Shown piece by piece: positions 56,736 to 64,000 of a stretch of 64,000 nucleotides of DNA. A program made the position numbers and the translations under genes. Source of the stretch: a phage; the sequence record PX418922.1; one strand, 5' to 3'. The notes below the pieces were generated by a model. The model saw nothing but the letters and a program-made list of their open reading frames with translations. It was not told where the DNA came from and did not search any database. Numbering within the stretch: position 1 is the first letter of the stretch; the number at the start of each line of letters is the position of its first letter.

Positions 56736-58511
56736 TTAATAATTGCTATCCGTAGGCAAATTAGCAGGATTGTTGAAATACTGCTCTTTGTCATGCAGGG
56801 TTGCAGTTCTAATGTCATAGTAAAACTGCCCTGCCGGACCAGTTTCTGAGAACTCACGGTTTTTTAGGATAAAGCAATGAGTCGTATTGCGTTCTACAGG
56901 GTCTTCAGCGGCTTTATCTCGTTCCAAAGCCAAGGTAATACCAGCACCTTTAGCCAAGAAACTACTACCCATTGCATCGTCCTCTGTTAAGTGTTCATTG
57001 CCACCATTGGCCGATTTCTTAACGTGTGAGATGACAATAATAGTTATAGCATACTCTTTCATGATGCGCTTCAACCATGTTGCTAACTCTTCCTGGGCTT
57101 GAACATCCATACCAGAAAGCAAATCAGAATAAGGGTCGATAACAAGAATTGTTACTCCAAAATAGATGATCATCTCCAAAACTTTTTCTTTGATAGACTC
57201 CACATCTGCTCCACGATCATCACACACATAAAAACGTGGTGATCCATCTTCTCTTTCGTAAAAATCTAGGATTTTTTCTTTATTCTCTTCCAAGATTTGA
57301 AATTTCTCTTCCGGTGTTTTCCTGTGTAGAGGAATATGCAGGAACGAGGACAACAGGTTACGAGAATATTTCTTATAAGTTGCTTCCAAGGACAGAATAC
57401 CTAGGGTATGTTCTGGGTGCGCAACAATAATATGTTTGGTGATCTCGTTCACCATCAAAGTTTTACCGATACTGGTCTTTGCCAGGATAACTGTAATCTC
57501 TTCCTCTACTAAACCACCACCCAGCATATTTGCAGCAACACGCATAAAAGGAGGCAAGGTAATCATCTTGGATTCCAAGCATTCTAATGCGGCTTCATAC
57601 AAGACATTAGAAGCATAAACACCTGCTGGGGTGTATAGACGAGCACTCCAAAAAGCTTTTACGAAATCTTTTGCACGACCTTCTTCCAGATACTGATTGG
57701 CATCCTTAAGATCCATCTGCATACGATAGACTTTGTTACGAGGCAGCACCTTAACAATATTTTCAAATGCCTCATTACCTGCTTTGTCATTATCCATGCA
57801 AACAATAATCTTCTTAAATTTTTCAAAGAAAGGATATTGTGCCTGAACTTGTTTATACATACTGGTTTCACCAGTTGTGCCACTAACTACTGCTGGAAGT
57901 TCATACTTGTTGTCCAAGTTTTCAGATAGCATTTGATAAGCTGCCAGAGCATCGTGTTCACCACCTGTAATTACCACAGTATGAGAACGGTCTGCAAAAC
58001 GAATTTGTCCAAAAAGATCTACATCTTTACCTACTTGACCAATAGGTTTACTGAAATCTTTAGGATGAATACGACGCTTAAAACCAACCAATTCTTTACC
58101 GATAGTAGTTGGATATAAACAACTTTCTACTACCATCTGATCCCCTTCCTGACGGTATTCATAACGAACACCATAGAAAGATGAAACTTTTTCTTTAATG
58201 CCTCGATAACCACGTGGGTTGGTTGATGTTTCTTGAACAATTTTACGATGAATCTGTTTATTAAATTCCGAACCCACAATCTCCTCCTCTTCTAAAACTT
58301 CACCATTTTCTCGTAACCATTCTACGCTAGGAATAGTGTATTCACACGCAAAGCACTTAGCACCTTTATGCTCTCCATTAGAATCTAATCCATAAACCAT
58401 CAGGTTATTACGAGAGCGATCCTTGCCATTTTTCATGCAGCGCGGACAACCTGTATGCCCTTCCTTGCTAAGATCAACATCAAATCCATATTTAGTTATA
58501 ATGTGCGACAC
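56736..58511 (-). CDS. bifunctional DNA primase / hexameric helicase (T7 gp4-like)
   Basis: N-terminal Cys4 zinc ribbon (CPRCMKNG...CFACEY), TOPRIM-like VVITGGEHDAL, Walker A AKTSIGKT in C-terminal helicase half. Confidence 0.85.
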   Translation of the reverse strand: MSHIITKYGFDVDLSKEGHTGCPRCMKNGKDRSRNNLMVYGLDSNGEHKGAKCFACEYTIPSVEWLRENGEVLEEEEIVGSEFNKQIHRKIVQETSTNPRGYRGIKEKVSSFYGVRYEYRQEGDQMVVESCLYPTTIGKELVGFKRRIHPKDFSKPIGQVGKDVDLFGQIRFADRSHTVVITGGEHDALAAYQMLSENLDNKYELPAVVSGTTGETSMYKQVQAQYPFFEKFKKIIVCMDNDKAGNEAFENIVKVLPRNKVYRMQMDLKDANQYLEEGRAKDFVKAFWSARLYTPAGVYASNVLYEAALECLESKMITLPPFMRVAANMLGGGLVEEEITVILAKTSIGKTLMVNEITKHIIVAHPEHTLGILSLEATYKKYSRNLLSSFLHIPLHRKTPEEKFQILEENKEKILDFYEREDGSPRFYVCDDRGADVESIKEKVLEMIIYFGVTILVIDPYSDLLSGMDVQAQEELATWLKRIMKEYAITIIVISHVKKSANGGNEHLTEDDAMGSSFLAKGAGITLALERDKAAEDPVERNTTHCFILKNREFSETGPAGQFYYDIRTATLHDKEQYFNNPANLPTDSNY

Positions 58512-58523
58512 TTTGTTCTCCTG

Positions 58524-58802
58524 TTAAAATGGTTCGTTAGTCTCCATCATATATTCTGCTTCTAGTTCTTCCATGTGCTTTCTAAATTGGAAAGCAATTT
58601 CTGCTACAGTTACATTTAAATCTTTTTCAAAAACTTCTGTAGAGCCTTCATAAAAACGAATACCGTCAATTAAAAGCCCTCCGTGGTAATCCCAATCACT
58701 TTCACGAGAAAGCGGGTTAGGCTCTTCATAATAGTAATCCACCTCCACGACTAAAGCTTTCCCGTTACGAGTGGTGTATTCAAAATCAAAAGTGTTAATC
58801 AT
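58524..58802 (-). CDS. hypothetical protein
   Basis: ORF. Confidence 0.4.
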   Translation of the reverse strand: MINTFDFEYTTRNGKALVVEVDYYYEEPNPLSRESDWDYHGGLLIDGIRFYEGSTEVFEKDLNVTVAEIAFQFRKHMEELEAEYMMETNEPF

Positions 58803-59746
58803 TATAGCTCCTCAAATAAAAGTCTACGACGCTCATTCAACACATCAATGTGATAATGAGTCCTGACATACTTAGCTAATGCTAATCCTTTCTCCATGCA
58901 AACATCGGGAGCACTTAATAAGTATTCCGTAATATCTTTCCACTCGGAAGGTGTTTCAGCAAAGAATAACAAATCTTTAAACTCTTGTGTATGATAATTC
59001 TCACGAGGAGAACAGATCAAAGGTAAACCCTTAGCACCTGCCTCAAGAATTTTAAGATTGCTTTTTGCATTATTAAACACGTTATCAAGCAATGGCGCAA
59101 GACTGATTTGATGACCATCGTAAGATTCCATGTAGTTGGCATATGGTCTTACACCTTCATAAACACAAGTTGGTGCTACATTTTCTCTGATCACAGACCA
59201 TTCACGACTACTTAAAACTTCAGAACCCCTACGAAAACCACATATTGTAAGATCTTTACCAAAATCGGGCAAGATAGCCAAATCTTGTTTATGTGTTTCA
59301 CTTCCAGCCCAGACTAATGGAGTTTTGGAGTAGCGATCACGGGTCAACACAAATTGACCTTCATCGTAAGGAAGACCATTAGGGATTATGTGCACATTAT
59401 CATTGTATTGTGAAAGTTCAACTTGCAAAGCAGGTGTCGTAGTTGTAACAAGATCGCTGTGCTCTAAAAACCATTTTAAATGTTCACGAATACCTGATTC
59501 AAAAATACCTTCTAACATGTGTCCTTTTGGAATAACTAAAGAGTCATCCAAATCCATAACCATTTTAAAGCCTAGGTTTTTAAGGGCTAAAAAGCCCTCT
59601 TTACCTTTTGTTGGCACTCCGTTAAAAACGAAAACGTTGTGTTTAGGTTGTGAAGAGAACTGCCTTGAGTAAGGCAGCACTACCCTATGGAAATCGCAGA
59701 CACTATAATTGATTCCATTACGATTGTCAAGAATTATTTGTCCCAT
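58802..59746 (-). CDS. glycosyltransferase, paralog A (candidate DNA sugar transferase)
   Basis: Clear paralog of next gene: CDFHRVVLPY / CDYHRIVIPF, VMDLDD / VVDLDD, PLVWAGSETH / PVVWAGGASH, KSNLKILEAGAKGLPLICS / KSNLKILEAGAKGIPIVCS. Confidence 0.55.
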   Translation of the reverse strand: MGQIILDNRNGINYSVCDFHRVVLPYSRQFSSQPKHNVFVFNGVPTKGKEGFLALKNLGFKMVMDLDDSLVIPKGHMLEGIFESGIREHLKWFLEHSDLVTTTTPALQVELSQYNDNVHIIPNGLPYDEGQFVLTRDRYSKTPLVWAGSETHKQDLAILPDFGKDLTICGFRRGSEVLSSREWSVIRENVAPTCVYEGVRPYANYMESYDGHQISLAPLLDNVFNNAKSNLKILEAGAKGLPLICSPRENYHTQEFKDLLFFAETPSEWKDITEYLLSAPDVCMEKGLALAKYVRTHYHIDVLNERRRLLFEEL

Positions 59747-59753
59747 ACTTCAC

Positions 59754-60701
59754 CTACAAACTTTCAATAACCTGGCGTCGCAACTCGTTTGCATCTGCCA
59801 GATTATAATGTGTTCGAACATGTTCAGCCAAGAACAAGCCACGATCTTCCCGATAGTTTGGATTGCGAAGAAGCTTAACAATTTCGTAATGCCATTCTGC
59901 TTTATTCTCTGCGTAAGCAACAGCGCGAGCATCTACAGGGTTAAAATAAGGTAATACCTTAGAACAAACAATTGGAATACCTTTTGCTCCAGCTTCCAGG
60001 ATTTTGAGATTACTTTTACAATTATTAAAATCGTTATCTACCAAAGGAGCTATAGCAATAGCATGACTTTCGTAAACACTCATGTAATTATCTAAATCTT
60101 TTACAGCGGCTTTATATTTGGCATTTGGTAAATTTCTGCGAATCTTAATCCACTCTTGTCCCGTGATGCTTTGTGATGTTTCATATCCCGCAATAGTAAG
60201 AAGTTCATCATCGAAAGTATTAGAGACTAGTCGTAAGTCTGGTTCGTGACTAGCACCGCCAGCCCATACAACAGGGGTACCGGATGAACGATCATTTGAC
60301 AAAGTGAATTGTCCGCTATCAAAAGGAAGTGCATTTCGGATCACAACAACATTCCTATTTAAGTGACGGATCTTATATGCCAAATATTCCGTAGTCACAA
60401 TAACCACATCAGCAAGCTTAACCATAGCTACAATAGCATGAGTGTTTGACTCGTATAGACTTGCTAAATAATGTTCTGGATTAAGTTGGTAAAAATCATC
60501 TAAGTCTACAACAACCTTAACACCTTGACGTTTCAAAGATAAAACGTATTCTGCACCTTTAGAGTGGATACGGTTAAACACAACAACATCTTTCTTAGGT
60601 TGAATATTATTGTTGTTAAATGGTATAACAATACGATGATAGTCACAACCGCTGTGAGGTTTTGCATCAATTTTTAGTTTAGACCATTTTTTATTTGACA
60701 T
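59754..60701 (-). CDS. glycosyltransferase, paralog B (candidate DNA sugar transferase)
   Basis: As above; tandem duplicate, 315 aa. Confidence 0.55.
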   Translation of the reverse strand: MSNKKWSKLKIDAKPHSGCDYHRIVIPFNNNNIQPKKDVVVFNRIHSKGAEYVLSLKRQGVKVVVDLDDFYQLNPEHYLASLYESNTHAIVAMVKLADVVIVTTEYLAYKIRHLNRNVVVIRNALPFDSGQFTLSNDRSSGTPVVWAGGASHEPDLRLVSNTFDDELLTIAGYETSQSITGQEWIKIRRNLPNAKYKAAVKDLDNYMSVYESHAIAIAPLVDNDFNNCKSNLKILEAGAKGIPIVCSKVLPYFNPVDARAVAYAENKAEWHYEIVKLLRNPNYREDRGLFLAEHVRTHYNLADANELRRQVIESL

Positions 60702-61374
60702 GTGCTAGTGCCTCCTCATAGGAAATTCGGATTTTCCCATTTTTAATATCCTCTAAAGATGCTTTATATTCTTCCCAGTTAATCCCAATAGCAGCCTCTT
60801 TCTCTTCTTTTGTCAGGTTAGCAAAAGGCATAGGATTGTTTCCAAAAACATCGTCTGGGTGGATATAAGCCATGATACGAAGTGGACAAGGTGTTGCCTG
60901 AATACCATGATTCAAACCAGCAGCTTGCAAACGGTGTCCCCATTCAGCATCTTCAAAACCATAACCGTGAGTGTAAGGACGGAAATAACCCATCTTCTCA
61001 ACAACGGAACGAGAATACATTGCAAATTGACACATTGCAAGTTCCCAGAGAATAACTTCTCCTTTGCTTCCAACAACTTTATCTTTGAAATACTCCGGCA
61101 TACCAAAGAAATCCCATCCTCCAGAGACAGCTTGATCTACAAAGTATGTTTCCCATCCCTCCATGACTGGGTAGCAATCATCGTCAAAAATAAACCAATA
61201 ATCATAACCTTCTTCATAAAACTGGTGCATAAGTTCATTCCTGGCATAAGCTACACCTTTACGATCTGGATCGTTGAATACTCGAAAATCTGCACGTGGA
61301 TCTGTTACAAGGTAGTCTTTAAGTGGACGGACACCTACAGTGATAACACCCACTCCGATTTTAATATTTTCCAT
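60691..61374 (-). CDS. GT-A fold glycosyltransferase-like protein
   Basis: DxD-type motif in YWFIFDDDCYP; N-terminal beta-alpha IGVGVITVGVRP; overlaps paralog B start. Confidence 0.5.
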   Translation of the reverse strand: MENIKIGVGVITVGVRPLKDYLVTDPRADFRVFNDPDRKGVAYARNELMHQFYEEGYDYWFIFDDDCYPVMEGWETYFVDQAVSGGWDFFGMPEYFKDKVVGSKGEVILWELAMCQFAMYSRSVVEKMGYFRPYTHGYGFEDAEWGHRLQAAGLNHGIQATPCPLRIMAYIHPDDVFGNNPMPFANLTKEEKEAAIGINWEEYKASLEDIKNGKIRISYEEALAHVK

Positions 61375-61382
61375 TTTCTCTC

Positions 61383-61946
61383 CTAAATAGTTTTACTGTG
61401 ATCATGACAGTGTAATAAATGATGTATAGACCGTTGAGGATCTGTTTGACCTAATCTGTAAATGTGAAACAGATACATTCCCCGCATCAATCCTAACCTC
61501 TTTCCTTTTTCATGTAAAGTGCGAGAGAAAATTAAGTCGAATTGGATAGATTTTTCTTCGAAAGGAATTTCATTCCACAATGATTTTCTAAAAAGCAAAA
61601 AGAAACCTGCCAGAGGTGTTCCGAAAGGAACTTCTTCAACACTTACTTTATGATATTCCCTTGCAATCTTAGCATATTCTATATGGTTTAGAATATCGGG
61701 ATCATCGTTAATTTGGTTAGAGAAAAGCTGATAACCACTACCTAACCTGTTACAAGTTGCACCTATTACATCAAAAGGCGGGTTTGACATAACAAGCTCT
61801 TCAAGCATAGATGGTTGATCAGGTAGGAGGAACATTGTATCGGTATCTCTTAAACACACCCAACTATCGTCTGGAAGAACGGCAATAGCTTCATTGATAG
61901 CCTTGCCGATATTTCCTGTCAGATAGGGAGTAATATAATAAATCAT
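61383..61946 (-). CDS. nucleotide-sugar transferase-like protein (putative)
   Basis: VCLRDTDTMF DxD-like motif; 187 aa. Confidence 0.4.
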   Translation of the reverse strand: MIYYITPYLTGNIGKAINEAIAVLPDDSWVCLRDTDTMFLLPDQPSMLEELVMSNPPFDVIGATCNRLGSGYQLFSNQINDDPDILNHIEYAKIAREYHKVSVEEVPFGTPLAGFFLLFRKSLWNEIPFEEKSIQFDLIFSRTLHEKGKRLGLMRGMYLFHIYRLGQTDPQRSIHHLLHCHDHSKTI

Positions 61947-61964
61947 TCTCCCCCCTCCGTTATA

Positions 61965-62156
61965 TTAACTGTCAGCTACAATCCCACGTTTAATCATTTC
62001 TTGTTGGATCTGAATCACACGATCTCGTGCTTCCATATATTCTTTAAAAGATTCTTGGAGATGGTCACGGGCTACGTCCCGTAGTTTAATCAGTTTGTCG
62101 TTTGTCACTTCTTGAAGAGAGATCTCGCCAGTTTCATTGGTCCCAAGCGTTTTCAT
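61965..62156 (-). CDS. hypothetical protein
   Basis: ORF. Confidence 0.35.
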   Translation of the reverse strand: MKTLGTNETGEISLQEVTNDKLIKLRDVARDHLQESFKEYMEARDRVIQIQQEMIKRGIVADS

Positions 62157-62412
62157 TTACAACCTCCTTAATAGCTACTGCACAGTTCTTACAAATACAT
62201 TGACCTTTGTTCTTAGAAATTTCAATGTAAGGTTCATTTTCGTTTTCTCCGCGTCGTGAGTCGTATATTACTGTATTGAAGCAGACAACGCAAATGTTTT
62301 TAATAACGACATATTTTTGCACTTTCTGTTTAGTGCGAAAATTGACTTCAATGACTTCTCCCATCAATGAATCTCCCCTAAAATGTTGTTTTGAGACATT
62401 ACTGCGGAGCAT
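62134..62412 (-). CDS. hypothetical Cys-rich protein
   Basis: CVVC...CICKNC cysteine pairs. Confidence 0.35.
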   Translation of the reverse strand: MLRSNVSKQHFRGDSLMGEVIEVNFRTKQKVQKYVVIKNICVVCFNTVIYDSRRGENENEPYIEISKNKGQCICKNCAVAIKEVVNENAWDQ

Positions 62413-62651
62413 TCTACAGCATCATGAGTCCTTGCAAAACGCTCCCACAACACAGCATCTACTTTAAGAACCATACAAGGATAAATACTGTCGTTGATCA
62501 TGTCAATGCTATATTTATCTACATCCTTTTCATCTTCCATAAACAAAGTAGCGTATGCTTCTAAATGCTTACGGGTGTAGTATACATCCTCTTCAGTAAG
62601 ACCGACAACCAGGTAACTTGCTACAACAACAGTATTATCTTCTTGCATTTT
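62364..62651 (-). CDS. hypothetical protein
   Basis: Start set at MQEDN preceded by AAAGGGGAG RBS. Confidence 0.4.
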   Translation of the reverse strand, partial: KMQEDNTVVVASYLVVGLTEEDVYYTRKHLEAYATLFMEDEKDVDKYSIDMINDSIYPCMVLKVDAVLWERFARTHDAVECSAVMSQNNILGEIH

Positions 62652-63171
62652 AACTCCCCTTTGGTAGATAGAAACCATGCACTTTATCTCGATAAACAAG
62701 ACGCATATCACGTTCCCAGTGTGTTCTTATATTCCGTTTCTTGAAGTATAGAGCACCTTTAGTAACATCTAAAACAGACCGCAATTCAGGAAAATGTTTC
62801 TCTAAATAAAGTAAACGCTCCGCTATTGCTTTTGCTTCCTGCCACTTATCTTTCTCTGTTACGTTAAAAGTTTTCGCATATGAGAATTGCCCTTTCTGGA
62901 ACAAGACTCCTCTGACTGTGTTAGGGAAGTAGGTATCATTTCTTCTGTTGATTACCACATTCCCAACGGCATTCATTCCTTTTTTACCCAGACCGCGACC
63001 TTCTGCGTAAATTGCACAAGCTAATAGAATTTTATCATTATATTGCTTTGTACATTTGTGAACTACTTTAGCGGTTTTTACGTTTGCAGCTTCGGCTTTC
63101 GCCACAACAGGTGTAAATGTAAAAGCAGTTAAGGATAGTAACGCAACTGTTACAAAGTTTTTTATCAGCAA
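62650..63171 (-). CDS. secreted cell wall hydrolase (SleB-like), candidate endolysin
   Basis: N-terminal signal or signal-anchor LLSLTAFTFTPVVAKA; catalytic region CAIYAEGRGLGKKGMNAVGNVVINR typical of the SleB/CwlJ family. Confidence 0.7.
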   Translation of the reverse strand: MLIKNFVTVALLSLTAFTFTPVVAKAEAANVKTAKVVHKCTKQYNDKILLACAIYAEGRGLGKKGMNAVGNVVINRRNDTYFPNTVRGVLFQKGQFSYAKTFNVTEKDKWQEAKAIAERLLYLEKHFPELRSVLDVTKGALYFKKRNIRTHWERDMRLVYRDKVHGFYLPKGS

Positions 63172-63270
63172 ATTTTGCCTCCTTTTTAAGTTAACGAATT
63201 TCTAGTATAACACGATAGAGGCTTTATTGCAAGAGGGGGATTTCTCCCCCTCAAAATCATTTGTTAATTA

Positions 63271-63873
63271 TTATGGACATTCATACCATTCTTTTTTACC
63301 ACCGAAGGCCATCACCACATCGCAAATATCCAGACCAGCTTTACCTACACCATATGCTTTCAGCTTCCATTCTCCATCTTCACGAACCAAGGAAGCCACG
63401 TGGCAGATTGTGTTACCAGCTACTTCAGGAGCCAGGAAGTCAAAATCCAGAATTTCCACATTGCGCTCGGAGTCGAAGATTTTAAGCATACCTTCAGAAG
63501 CATGACCAAAACGTTTCAGACCTGTATCATCATCAATGGTCAGAACAAAGGCAATCTCTTGTGCATCAGGAGAGATTTTAGCCAGAGTAATATCAATCTG
63601 CTCCATGCTGCCAGTGCCATCACGAACATCGTCACCAGCGAAGGTAGAACGTTCAGGATCAAACTTGTTAGCATAGCAAACAAGATGACGTGCAGACAGC
63701 ATTTCAGGATTGCCAGCGGCATTGTGACGACAAACCAGTGCACTTACATCCAGATCCAGTTTAGAATCAGACTTCCAAGAGAATTCCAGGCGCAGTTCTT
63801 TCAGAGCCGGAGCAACCTTCTTCAGGGAAATTTTTTCGCTAGAGCCTTTTTTCAGGGAAATTTTATCAGTCAT
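63271..63873 (-). CDS. TerD-domain protein
   Basis: ISLKKG...DLDVSALV...GDDVRDGTGSMEQIDITLAKISPDAQEIAFVLTIDD...EWKLKAYG follows the TerD/TerZ pattern. Confidence 0.7.
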   Translation of the reverse strand: MTDKISLKKGSSEKISLKKVAPALKELRLEFSWKSDSKLDLDVSALVCRHNAAGNPEMLSARHLVCYANKFDPERSTFAGDDVRDGTGSMEQIDITLAKISPDAQEIAFVLTIDDDTGLKRFGHASEGMLKIFDSERNVEILDFDFLAPEVAGNTICHVASLVREDGEWKLKAYGVGKAGLDICDVVMAFGGKKEWYECP

Positions 63874-64000
63874 CTTTTGTCTCCTCTATTATTTAAGTGT
63901 AATACCAGTTACAGTCAATTCTACTTCCAAAAGCTTAGATGTGTTTTGGATTGATACTAATTGTGCATGATGGTTTAGTTCTACAGCAGAATAATCATTT

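Noticed and set aside
60859-61386. 175-aa plus-strand ORF
   Set aside because: Antisense to the GT-A-like gene at 60691-61374, which has recognisable motifs
63232-63252. GAGGGGGA-TTTC-TCCCCCTC hairpin as a terminator
   Set aside because: Not followed by a U-tract on either strand; could be a processing or stability element but not a confident intrinsic terminator

Overview
The window is a contiguous block of a virulent tailed dsDNA phage genome, with coding density near-complete on both strands and no rRNA, CRISPR array or transposon seen. Layout: (1) 21-6929, minus strand: early genes including an RNA-repair set (polynucleotide kinase, Rnl-like ligase, metallophosphoesterase, second ligase) and many small proteins. 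(2) 7000-7400: AT-rich divergent control region with GTAC-type tandem repeats and palindromes. (3) 8392-10312: a cluster of about 14 tRNA or tRNA-like genes driven by a recurring CTATTGACA(A)-N17/18-TAnnnT promoter family. (4) 10522-50182, plus strand: overlapped spanin-like pair, large terminase interrupted by a mini-intein in its P-loop, portal, scaffold, lambda gpD/gpE-like decoration and major capsid proteins, connector proteins, sheath/tube, frameshifted tail chaperone, tape measure, baseplate (gpV/gpJ-like) and six large tail fibre/spike proteins. (5) 50246-63873, minus strand: ssDNA-binding-like protein and a Pol-beta nucleotidyltransferase that both end in an E. coli SSB-type tip (DDDIPF / EDDIPW), family A DNA polymerase, orphan DNA methyltransferase, T7 gp4-like primase-helicase, a four-gene glycosyltransferase cluster, a SleB-like secreted peptidoglycan hydrolase and a TerD-domain protein. 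The best candidate for an undescribed system is the glycosyltransferase cluster embedded in the replication module, which suggests multi-step sugar hypermodification of the phage DNA. All calls come from reading the ORF translations and sequence by eye; no database search or folding program was run, and family names rest on remembered motifs.
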